A stretch of 64,000 nucleotides of DNA from an uncultured Acidobacteriota bacterium. Lineage in GTDB: Bacteria; Acidobacteriota; Vicinamibacteria; Fen-336. The stretch covers positions 1,792,001-1,856,000 of the forward strand of contig OY970399.1 in the NCBI GenBank assembly GCA_963720545.1. Direction: 5' to 3'. The notes below the pieces were generated by a model. That model was not told the DNA's origin, searched no databases, and was given only the letters and a program-made list of their open reading frames with translations. Positions within the stretch are counted from its first letter, which is position 1. Every line of letters starts with the position of its first letter. A program made the position numbers and the translations under genes. This document shows, piece by piece, positions 28,973 to 37,637 of this stretch.

Positions 28973-29644
28973 CTAGTTGGTGAGAAGCCCTTTTTCGAGG
29001 TGCTTCTGCGTATGCGCGCGTTCCGCGGCGCGCGGGTCGTGGGTCACCATGATGATGGTCTTCTTGAAATCGCGGTTCAGAAGGCCCATCAGGTCGAGGA
29101 TTTCGGTGGCGCTCTTCGAGTCGAGGTCGCCGGTGGGCTCGTCGGCCACCAGCACCTTCGGGTCGGTGACGATGGCGCGGGCGATCGCGACGCGCTGCTC
29201 CTGCCCGCCGGAGAGCTGCCGCGGGTAGTGGCTCGAGCGATCGGCGAGGCCGACCACCTTGAGCGCGGTCAGCGCCCGCTTTTGCCGCTCGCTCTTCCCC
29301 AGGTGCGTGAGCAGCAGCGGCAGCTCGACGTTCTCGACCGCGGTGAGCACCGGGATGAGGTTGTAGAACTGGAAGATGAAGCCGACGTTCTGCGAGCGCC
29401 ACTTCGCGAGCGCGCCCTCGCCGAGCGCCCCCACGTCGGTGCCCGCCACCGTCACCTTCCCCGAGCTCGGCTTGTCGATGCCGGCGATCAGGTTCAGCAG
29501 CGTCGTCTTGCCCGAGCCGGACGGCCCCATGAGCGCCACGAACTCGCCTTCTGGCACCGAGAGGCTGAGCCCGTCGAGCACCTTGATCTCCTGGCTGTCG
29601 CGGCGGTAGATCTTGCGGACTTCCCTGACGTCGACGAGGCTCAT
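28973..29644 (-). CDS. ABC transporter ATP-binding protein (MacB/LolD type)
   Basis: GPSGSGKTT, LSGGQEQR, ADEPTGDLD, VTHD. Confidence 0.95.
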   Translation of the reverse strand: MSLVDVREVRKIYRRDSQEIKVLDGLSLSVPEGEFVALMGPSGSGKTTLLNLIAGIDKPSSGKVTVAGTDVGALGEGALAKWRSQNVGFIFQFYNLIPVLTAVENVELPLLLTHLGKSERQKRALTALKVVGLADRSSHYPRQLSGGQEQRVAIARAIVTDPKVLVADEPTGDLDSKSATEILDLMGLLNRDFKKTIIMVTHDPRAAERAHTQKHLEKGLLTN

Positions 29645-30855
29645 GACTTCACCTTCACACGATCACCGTCCTTGAGTGTTGCGGCCGGGCTCGACACCAG
29701 GGCTTCGCCGCCGGCCAGTCCTTCGCGCACGACCACCTGGCCGCTGCGCTCCCCGCCCAGCGTTACGCGCCGGGCATACACCTTGTCTTCGCGGATCTCG
29801 AAGACGACGCTGCCGCCGTCCTTCGTCACCACCGCGGCCTTCGGGATGGTGAGGATGCGCGCCGCGGGCGAAGCCGCCGCCTGGCCCGGCGCATCCGCTT
29901 TTGCGGGCTCGAGGAACGTGACGCGTGCGCTCATCTCCGGCCGCAGGTCCTTGTCCTTGTCGAGGATCGTCACCTTCACCTGCACGGTCGCCTTGGTGCG
30001 GTCGGCCGTGGGGATGACCTGGCGCAGCACCGCCTTGTACTTGCGGTCGGGGAACGCCTCTGCGGTGACCTCGGCCGGCTGCCCGTCGCCGAGCTTCGCC
30101 ACGTTCGACTCGTTGACGTCCGCTTCCACCTCGAGCGTCGCCAGGTCGGCGAGCGCGACGATGGCGCCCGAGGAAGTGGAAATGTTGACGCCCGGCGGGA
30201 TGGGCGCGACCGACTCGCCGACCTCGGCCATCTTCTTTAGGACCACGCCACTGAACGGCGCGCGGATGTTGGTGTTCGCGAACTGCGCCTCGTCGTAGCC
30301 GACCCGCGCGTGCGCCTCGGCCACCGCCGCCTGCGCCAGGCTCACCTTGCTGAGCGAGGCGTCGAGCTGGTCGCGCGAGACGATCTGCTGCCGTTCGAGG
30401 TCTTGTGCAAGCCGCAACTGGCGCTGCGCCTCGCCGAGGTCGGCCTGCGAACGCACCACCGCCGCCTTCGACATCGCCACCGCCGCCGCGTACTCGGCGC
30501 TTTCGAGCCGCGCGATGATCTCGCCCTCGCGCACCGCGCTGCCCTCCTCCACGCGCAACTCCGCGAGCCGGCCCTGGATCTTGGCCGACACCACCGCCTT
30601 GCGGCGGGCGACCAGGTAGCCCGATGCGGTCAGCACCGGCGTGCCGGCGGAAGGTGCGGCACCCGAGGCGGCGACTGCCGGCCGCACCACTTCGACCTCG
30701 ACCGCCGACCACGCCTGGCGCAGGCGCAGGCCGTAGAGCGCCAGAAGTCCCAGGATGACGGGAATGAAGAAGAGCAGCGGCCAGCGCCAGGGACTGCGAC
30801 GCGCCTCGTTCCTTTCGATGCTCAGCGACGCAAGGTCGCCTTTCAGATCTTGCAA
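29641..30855 (-). CDS. periplasmic adaptor (membrane fusion protein, MacA/HlyD type)
   Basis: ASGYLVARRKA, IRAPFSG, LEVEADVNE, LRPEMS; TTG start after AGGAG. Confidence 0.9.
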   Translation of the reverse strand: MQDLKGDLASLSIERNEARRSPWRWPLLFFIPVILGLLALYGLRLRQAWSAVEVEVVRPAVAASGAAPSAGTPVLTASGYLVARRKAVVSAKIQGRLAELRVEEGSAVREGEIIARLESAEYAAAVAMSKAAVVRSQADLGEAQRQLRLAQDLERQQIVSRDQLDASLSKVSLAQAAVAEAHARVGYDEAQFANTNIRAPFSGVVLKKMAEVGESVAPIPPGVNISTSSGAIVALADLATLEVEADVNESNVAKLGDGQPAEVTAEAFPDRKYKAVLRQVIPTADRTKATVQVKVTILDKDKDLRPEMSARVTFLEPAKADAPGQAAASPAARILTIPKAAVVTKDGGSVVFEIREDKVYARRVTLGGERSGQVVVREGLAGGEALVSSPAATLKDGDRVKVKS

Positions 30856-30989
30856 AACGTAGTGCTCCTGACGTGCGTGCGGGCCAAAGAAATGAAGTGT
30901 ACCGGGAATGGCGGGTGCCCTGTCGAAATGGACTACGACAGGCAGCCCCGCGGCGTTCGACGAAACCGACCTTGGTCCCCGAGGCCTCT

Positions 30990-32846
30990 TTAGCCGAGGA
31001 GCTCGTGCCGGTAGCACCACCGCCACGCCTCACCCGGCTCGAAGCTGCGCATCACCGGGTGGCCGCTGCGGTGGAAGTGGCGGTCGGCGTGACGCGCCTC
31101 GGACGAGTCGCAGCAGCCGACGTTGCCGCAGGCGAGGCACAGCCGCAGGTGCACGGTTTTGGTGCCCTCCGCGACGCAGTCGGGGCAGCCCGCGGGAGTC
31201 AGCGGCACAACCGCCGACGGCGCCGCCTGCAGGTCGGCGCAGGCACCGGCCTGCCGCGCCGAGGTGACGAGCTCGGTCTTGCGCTCCTCGCGGTCGTGCG
31301 CTTCGATGCGGTCGAGGGTCGACTCCTCGATGTCGAGGTTCGCCATCACCTCCTCGAGGATGTCGTGGTCGATCGTCTGGCCGCGGCGCACGCGCAGCAC
31401 CTCGGCGCGCTCGGCGGCGAGCATCGCGGTGCGCAGCCTGACGTATTGCTCGCTCGGGGTCTCGCCGCCTGTGCCGGAGCGGCCCAGCCGCTCCCAGACG
31501 ACGTTGGCGCGCATCTGCCCGCGGGCGCGCAGCGATTCCACCACCTTCGCGTCGTCGCCCGGCTGCTGGCTGCGCTCGAGGGTCTCGATGCCCTTGCGCA
31601 CGGCGCCTTGCAGCACCGACGCCATCTGCAGCGCGTCCTCGCGCGGGTCCGGCCCCCGCAGCCCCAGCCGGCGAGCCGCCCACGGCAGCGTCAGACCCTG
31701 CAGCAGCAGCGTTCCCGCGGTGACGCTCATCGCGGCAAGCACCAGGATGTCGCGGTGCGGTGTCTCTTCCGGCAGCACGAACACAGCGGCGAGCGTCACC
31801 ACCCCGCGCATGCCGGCCCACGAGACGATGGCGACCGAACCCCACGAGACCTCCTGGCCGCGCAGGCCGAGGAAAGCGGCCGCCGCGCAGACGAACGCCG
31901 GGCGCACGAGAATCACGACCGCGAGCACGGCGCCGCAGAAAACGGCGATCTCCCGGAACGACAGCTCGGAGCGCGTGACGTTGGCGACGATCCAGCGGCC
32001 CTGCATGCCGATCATGAAGAACACGACGCTCTCGAGCAGGAACTGGATGGTGACCCAGTTGGTGCGCTCGCTGACCCGCGAGGCAGCGCTCTGGATAATG
32101 GCCGCCTTGTGCGCCAGCAGCACCCCGGCAACCACCACCGCGAGCACGCCCGAGGCGTGCACCCTCTCGGCGGCGAGGTACGCGACGAACGGCGTCAGCA
32201 GCGACAGCGAGGTGTCGAACACCGGGTCGGTGACGCGCCTGCGAATCAGCGCGCCGAGCCAGGCCACCGCGGCGCCCAGCAGGAAGCCGCCGCCGGCGGC
32301 GCGCGCGAAGTCGAGGAGGATCGCGGAAGCACTGACGGCGCCGGCCAGCGCAGCGAGCGCGGTGCGCAGGGCCACCAGCGCGGTCGCGTCGTTGAGGAGC
32401 GATTCGCCCTCGAGCAGGGTGACGACACGGCGCGGCAGGCCGATGCGCCTTGCGATCGAGGTCGCGGCCACGGCGTCGGGCGGCGCCACCACGGCGCCGA
32501 GCGCGACACCCGCGGCGAACGGGATGCCGAGCAGCCACCAGGCGAGCGCGCCCACTGCGAACGCACTGGCGAGCACCAGCACCACCGACAGGTACACGAT
32601 CGACGCGCGGTTCGCGCGGATGTCGAGCAGCGAGGTCTTGATGGCCGCGGCGTAGAGCAGCGGCGGCAGCAGGCCGAAGAGCACCACTTCCGAGCGCATG
32701 TGCACTTCGGGAACCCCCGGCAGGAACGACGCGAGGATGCCTGCGATGGTGAGTGCCAGCGGCGCCGAGACCTTGCAGCGGCGCGCCAGCGCCGCGATCG
32801 CGGCGACCACCGTGAAGAGCGCGACGAGCGCGATGGCGTAGTTCAA
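30990..32846 (-). CDS. CPA1 Na+/H+ antiporter fused to a C-terminal UBP-type zinc finger
   Basis: LLPPLLY, APPDAVA, LEGESLLNDATAL, GMRGVVTLAA; C-terminal CPDC...HLRLCLACGNVGCCDSS...HA..H...GHP...WCY. Confidence 0.92.
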   Translation of the reverse strand: MNYAIALVALFTVVAAIAALARRCKVSAPLALTIAGILASFLPGVPEVHMRSEVVLFGLLPPLLYAAAIKTSLLDIRANRASIVYLSVVLVLASAFAVGALAWWLLGIPFAAGVALGAVVAPPDAVAATSIARRIGLPRRVVTLLEGESLLNDATALVALRTALAALAGAVSASAILLDFARAAGGGFLLGAAVAWLGALIRRRVTDPVFDTSLSLLTPFVAYLAAERVHASGVLAVVVAGVLLAHKAAIIQSAASRVSERTNWVTIQFLLESVVFFMIGMQGRWIVANVTRSELSFREIAVFCGAVLAVVILVRPAFVCAAAAFLGLRGQEVSWGSVAIVSWAGMRGVVTLAAVFVLPEETPHRDILVLAAMSVTAGTLLLQGLTLPWAARRLGLRGPDPREDALQMASVLQGAVRKGIETLERSQQPGDDAKVVESLRARGQMRANVVWERLGRSGTGGETPSEQYVRLRTAMLAAERAEVLRVRRGQTIDHDILEEVMANLDIEESTLDRIEAHDREERKTELVTSARQAGACADLQAAPSAVVPLTPAGCPDCVAEGTKTVHLRLCLACGNVGCCDSSEARHADRHFHRSGHPVMRSFEPGEAWRWCYRHELLG

Positions 32847-32871
32847 GGGAGCCCCAGCGCCGCGAGTGGTC

Positions 32872-33603
32872 CTAGAACAATCGCCCCACGTAGAGGTCCA
32901 TCTGCCGCTTCCAGTACGGCCAGTCGTGGCCGCCGTCGGGTCCCCAGTCGTCGAGGCTGTGGCGGATGCCGCGCTTGTTCAGGACCTCGTGCATGCGATA
33001 GGTCGGGCCGCTGTCCTCGTAGGGCCCGCAGCCGGTGGCGAGATGGATGTCGCACTGGCCGAGCAAATGCAGGAAGTAGCCGTCGTCGAGGTTCGAGATG
33101 TAGTCGACCGGCGAGTTGAAATAGAAGTTGTCGTCGAAGTCGCCGTCCATGAAGCGCCGCATGTCGTAGACACCCGAGAGCGCCAGGCAGCGCTTGAAGC
33201 TCTCTGGATGCTTGAAGACGGTGTTGGCCGCGTGGTAGCCGCCGAACGACGCGCCGGTGGTGGTGATGGCGACGCCCGGCGTGCGGCAATGGTCGGCGAT
33301 GAACGGCGCCACCTCGAAGGCGATGTAGGCGTCGTACATCGCCTGCATGTAACTGCGGTGCCGCGGGTGCGCCTTCTTGTTGTACCAGGACTCGTTGTTG
33401 AAGGAGTCGACGCAATAGAACTTCACGCGCCCGGCATCGATGTGATGCGCGAGCGCGCCGATCATGCCCTGGCCTTCGTACTCGCGCTCGTCTCCGCCGC
33501 TCGTGGGAAAGGCGAGGATCGGGGCGCCGTAGTGCCCGTACACCCGGATCCTCATCTCGCGTCCCAGTCGGGACGAGTGCCAGCCGTGTTGTTCCTGGTT
33601 CAT
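32872..33603 (-). CDS. cytoplasmic esterase (alpha/beta hydrolase)
   Basis: YGHYG, FPTSGG, GASFGGYHA, GHDWPYW. Confidence 0.85.
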   Translation of the reverse strand: MNQEQHGWHSSRLGREMRIRVYGHYGAPILAFPTSGGDEREYEGQGMIGALAHHIDAGRVKFYCVDSFNNESWYNKKAHPRHRSYMQAMYDAYIAFEVAPFIADHCRTPGVAITTTGASFGGYHAANTVFKHPESFKRCLALSGVYDMRRFMDGDFDDNFYFNSPVDYISNLDDGYFLHLLGQCDIHLATGCGPYEDSGPTYRMHEVLNKRGIRHSLDDWGPDGGHDWPYWKRQMDLYVGRLF

Positions 33604-33719
33604 GGGCGCCGCTCCGTTTCGAAGGCGGCGATTGTGACCGAAGGCGGCGTCCCCGGGCAAGCGGGGCGGCTGCCGGGCACCGTGCTACGCTGCGCGCCGG
33701 AACGTCGCGGGAGGTCCAG

Positions 33720-34805
33720 GTGAAGGAAGCGCGCTGGCAAGACGTCGGAGCGGCCGCGACGTTCGCCGCGGCCCCGGTGTCGGAAGTGAAGGTAGACAAG
33801 CTGGTCCTCGCCATCACCCATAAGGACGGCGAGTTCGGCGCCGTGTCCGGCGTCTGCAACCACGCCGGCGGCCCGCTGGGTCAGGGCCGACTGGACGGCG
33901 ACTTCATCGTCTGCCCCTGGCACTACTGGAAGTTCCACCGCACCGAGGGCACCGGCGAGCCCGGCTACGAGGCCGACCGCGTGCCGCGTCACGAGGTGCG
34001 CGTCGTTGACGGCCGCCTGCTCGTCAACCTCGAGCCGGCTACGACCCGCCACAAGCAGCCGCACGACCCGCACCCGCTGGCGCGTCCGCTGCAACGTGCC
34101 GCCGGTCCGGTGCGCGTCGCCGGCATCTCGACGACGGCCATGGACCCGGCCAACCCGCGTTACTCGGGTTCGGACGACCTGCTGGGAGTGGCGCTCGAAC
34201 ACGCCGCCGCCGGCGGAGCCGAGACGCGCATGCTGCGCCTGTATCAGCTCACGTTCCGCAACTGCGAGGGTTTCTACTCGAAGGCGGCGCGCGCCTGCAC
34301 CTGGCCATGCTCCATCACGCAGATGGACCCGAACGACCAGCTGGACCGGGTCTACGAAGCGCTGGTCCATTGGGCCGACGTCATCCTGGTCGCGACGCCG
34401 ATCCGCTGGGGCTCGGCGAGCTCGCTCTACTTCAAGATGGCCGAACGCATGAACTGCATCCAGAACCAGGTGACGACCCACGACCGCGTCCTCATCCGCA
34501 ACAAGGTCGCCGCGTTCATCATCGTCGGCGGCCAGGACAACGTGCAGGGCGTGGCCGGTTCCATGCTCGGCTTCTTCGCCGAAATCGGCTTCTCGTTTCC
34601 ACAGTTCCCCTACGTCGCGCACTCGCGCGGCTGGTCGGCCGAGGACATGGAGAACAACGTCGCGGCGATCAAGGCGAGCACGGCGCTGCGCGCAGGCTGC
34701 CGCGAACTCGCGAGCCGCTCGGTGGCGCTGGCGCAGACGCTCGTGGACGCCGCGGCGCCGCCGCAGCGCATTGCCCGCGGCGGCCGCAAGGCGCAGCGCG
34801 ACTAG
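33720..34805 (+). CDS. Rieske [2Fe-2S] domain fused to flavodoxin-like NAD(P)H:FMN oxidoreductase
   Basis: CNH...CPWH Rieske ligands; ADVILVATPIRWG, ERMNC; GGAGG RBS. Confidence 0.88.
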   Translation: MKEARWQDVGAAATFAAAPVSEVKVDKLVLAITHKDGEFGAVSGVCNHAGGPLGQGRLDGDFIVCPWHYWKFHRTEGTGEPGYEADRVPRHEVRVVDGRLLVNLEPATTRHKQPHDPHPLARPLQRAAGPVRVAGISTTAMDPANPRYSGSDDLLGVALEHAAAGGAETRMLRLYQLTFRNCEGFYSKAARACTWPCSITQMDPNDQLDRVYEALVHWADVILVATPIRWGSASSLYFKMAERMNCIQNQVTTHDRVLIRNKVAAFIIVGGQDNVQGVAGSMLGFFAEIGFSFPQFPYVAHSRGWSAEDMENNVAAIKASTALRAGCRELASRSVALAQTLVDAAAPPQRIARGGRKAQRD

Positions 34806-35167
34806 CGGCTGGCGGACCGCCGCCGTTTCGCGGCGCTCGACACGGCGCTCGAGGCGGCAGCGGAAACGCCGGCAACCAGTGCCGCCTTGCCCGCGGTCTT
34901 CAGCCCCCTGCCGACCTTCTGCATCGTCTTGCGGCGGCGGCGCTGCGCAGCCGCGCGCTTGACCCCCGCGCGCCCGCCCTTGATCGCGTCGGCGATCCTG
35001 CCGGCAGCTTGCTTCACACTCGCAGCCGAACTGCTGGCCGCACGGCCAGCGGCGACCGCAGCCGCCGCCGTCTTCCTGCCGGTGCGCACCGCCTTGCCCG
35101 CCAGGCGTCCCGCCGACTCAGCTATCTCGACGGCGCGCGTCTTCTTCTTCTTTCTTCCCAGAACCAT
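34802..35167 (-). CDS. small Lys/Arg/Ala-rich basic hypothetical protein
   Basis: 121 aa; GAGGAG RBS and TTGCAA-N18-CACACT upstream; fills the gap between neighbours. Confidence 0.65.
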   Translation of the reverse strand: MVLGRKKKKTRAVEIAESAGRLAGKAVRTGRKTAAAAVAAGRAASSSAASVKQAAGRIADAIKGGRAGVKRAAAQRRRRKTMQKVGRGLKTAGKAALVAGVSAAASSAVSSAAKRRRSASR

Positions 35168-35222
35168 GGAGTCGCTCCTCTGCTTCGAGTGTGCACGCGA
35201 CGAAAGTCGGATTGCAACCGCT

Positions 35223-35834
35223 CTACCGCCGCTTCGACGGCGGCGGCTCGTAGTCTTCAGGTTTCGCGGGCGCCTTGATCGGCGGAAGTGTCGCGACGTC
35301 GGTGCCGGCGAACTCGTTGAGCAGGGTGTTGCCCTGGTACTCCATCTCGTCCTTGAGGCCGATCTTCGACGTGTAGTAGCCGCGGGCGGTGAGGCGCTTC
35401 AGCTCGACGAAGAATTTTTCGCTCGCGGTTGCCGGCGAGGCTTCGGCTTTCGCCAGGTTCTCCAGGATCGCGACCTGCTGCGCGGCTTCGAGCGCGAGAT
35501 ACGGCTTGCCGGCCGACGCCTGCGCGAGGCGCTCGATCTCGGCGAGGCCGCTGCGCCAGAACTCCTGCGCTTCGCGCAACGCCGGAATTGCGGGGTCGTA
35601 TTCGGCGAGCCGGCCGTCTATGAGACCGGCGACGCCGGCCGCGCGCGCGCCGCCCGAATGGGCGTCCGCCGGCAGGATGGTTTCGCTCAGCTGGTCGACG
35701 AGCGCCAGCTCCCCTGCCGTAAAGAACTTGCCCGCGGCGTTGGCCGCGGCTTTTGCTTCGGCGACGCGCGGGAACACCGGAGCGGCCGCGGCGGCAGCAG
35801 CCATCTCGAGGATCTGGCGGCGGGTCAGCCTCAC
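35223..35834 (-). CDS. gluconate 2-dehydrogenase subunit 3 family protein (Tat-exported)
   Basis: LTRRQIL twin-arginine signal; ETILPAD..SGGA..AGV, GYYTSKIG; GTGA overlap with the GMC gene. Confidence 0.88.
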   Translation of the reverse strand: MRLTRRQILEMAAAAAAAPVFPRVAEAKAAANAAGKFFTAGELALVDQLSETILPADAHSGGARAAGVAGLIDGRLAEYDPAIPALREAQEFWRSGLAEIERLAQASAGKPYLALEAAQQVAILENLAKAEASPATASEKFFVELKRLTARGYYTSKIGLKDEMEYQGNTLLNEFAGTDVATLPPIKAPAKPEDYEPPPSKRR

Positions 35835-37627
35835 AGCTCGCCCATGCGCGCCTGGTCGGCGAGGTAGTCGCACGAGCGCCAGGCGAGCGCCATGATGGTC
35901 CACGTCGGGTTCTGGCACGAAGCGCTCACGTGCGAGCTGCCGTCCACCACGAACAGGTTGCGCACGTCGTGCGACTGCTGGAACTCGTTCAGCACCGAGG
36001 TCTTCGGGTCGCTGCCCATGCGCGCGGTGCCGAGTTCGTGGATCGACCAGCCTTCGGTGAGCACGCCGCGGCGCAGTCCGGTGATCTCGATGCCCGCCGC
36101 CTCGAACATCTCCTTTGCGGCGTCGGCCATGTCCTCGCACATCTTCTTTTCGTTGTCGCCGAAGCGGAAATTGAAGCGCAGCACCGGGACGCCGTGCTTG
36201 TCGCGCACCTGCGGGTCGAGCGCCACTGAGTTTTCGTAGCGCGCCAGCACCTCGCCGAAACCGCCCATCGAGATGGCCGCGCCGGCCATCTCGCGCATGC
36301 GCTTCTTGTATTCGACGCCGAAGCCCGCGGCCATGTCGCTGTCGTGAAACATCTCGGTGCCGCTGCTGCCCTCGAAACCGTAGCCGCGGATGAAGGCGCC
36401 GCGCGCGCCGGCCTCGAGGTTGCGGAAGCGCGGCACGTAGAACCCGCCGGGGCGCCCGTCGTCGAGAGTGCGCGGCTTGCCGACCAGCTCCTTGACGAAA
36501 CCGGAAACGCCCGGCCCCATGACGTGCTCGCAGAAGTTGTGGCCGACGTGGCCGCTCGAGTTGCCGATGCCGTTTGGGTGCTGGGGTGAGCGCGACAGGA
36601 GCAGCAGGCGCGCCGACTCGAGCGTGGACGCGGCCACTATCACCACGCGTGCCGATACTTCGAGCTCGGCGCCGGTCGTGGCATCGATAAAAGCGACGCC
36701 GCGAGCCTTGCCGGTCGCCGCATCGACGAGGATCTCGCGCGCCACCGAATCGGTGCGCAGCGTCAGGTGGCCGGTGTCGAGTGCTGGATAAATGAGGCCG
36801 GTGGGCGAATCGAAGGCGGCGTGGATGTCGCAGCCGCCGACGCGGCGGTTGCAGGCGCCGCGGCCGAAACAGCGGCTGCGGTACTTGTTGTGCTTCAGGC
36901 CATCGGTCGTGACGCCGGCACGATAAGGCGTGAGCACGCGGCCGGCATGTCCCATCGACTCGCGCAGCTGCACCTCCGCCTTGTTGAGGCGCGTCGCGCG
37001 CTGGAAGCGGCTGTCGGGCAGGTGCGCGAGACCTTCCTTGTGGCCGGATATGCCGAGGTAGTCGTCTACACGGTCGTAGTAGGGCGCGATGTCGGCGTAC
37101 TCGATTGGCCAGTCGTCGCCGTAGCCGTCATGGCTTTTCGCCTTGAAGTCATAGTCGGAAAGGCGCAGTGCGAGCCGCCCCCAGATGTTGGTCTTGCCGC
37201 CGAGCACACGGGCGCGCACCCATGCGTACTGCGTGCCGGTGTAGGGATGGTCCTTCTCCTCGACCACGATGTTCTTGCTGTAGTCGGAGCCGTCCCAGCC
37301 CTGCACGTACGACTGCACGCTCTTCCACGGCTGGTCCTGCGCGTAAGGCGGCTGGCGGATCGTGTACTCGTTGCGCTCGAGCGCGTGCGACGTGTACGGC
37401 ATCTCGCCGCGGCGCGGGTGGTCGTAGGGCCACTGCATCGACTTGAGCTCGCTCTCGATGTCGAGCTTGCGGCCGGCCTCGAGCATCAGCACATCCATGC
37501 CGTGGGAAGTGAGCACGTGCGCGGCCATGCCGCCGGCGGCGCCGGAGCCGACCACGATCGCGTCGTAGCGGCGCTTGAGGTCCACTTCTTTCGCGGTCAA
37601 CGCTGGTGGCGGCTGCGGCCGTGGCAT
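35831..37627 (-). CDS. GMC family FAD oxidoreductase
   Basis: VGSGAAGG, LGGKTNIWG, ESARLLL, HELGTARMG, NPTWTIMALAWR. Confidence 0.93.
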   Translation of the reverse strand: MPRPQPPPALTAKEVDLKRRYDAIVVGSGAAGGMAAHVLTSHGMDVLMLEAGRKLDIESELKSMQWPYDHPRRGEMPYTSHALERNEYTIRQPPYAQDQPWKSVQSYVQGWDGSDYSKNIVVEEKDHPYTGTQYAWVRARVLGGKTNIWGRLALRLSDYDFKAKSHDGYGDDWPIEYADIAPYYDRVDDYLGISGHKEGLAHLPDSRFQRATRLNKAEVQLRESMGHAGRVLTPYRAGVTTDGLKHNKYRSRCFGRGACNRRVGGCDIHAAFDSPTGLIYPALDTGHLTLRTDSVAREILVDAATGKARGVAFIDATTGAELEVSARVVIVAASTLESARLLLLSRSPQHPNGIGNSSGHVGHNFCEHVMGPGVSGFVKELVGKPRTLDDGRPGGFYVPRFRNLEAGARGAFIRGYGFEGSSGTEMFHDSDMAAGFGVEYKKRMREMAGAAISMGGFGEVLARYENSVALDPQVRDKHGVPVLRFNFRFGDNEKKMCEDMADAAKEMFEAAGIEITGLRRGVLTEGWSIHELGTARMGSDPKTSVLNEFQQSHDVRNLFVVDGSSHVSASCQNPTWTIMALAWRSCDYLADQARMGEL

Positions 37628-37637
37628 GCGCCGAAGT

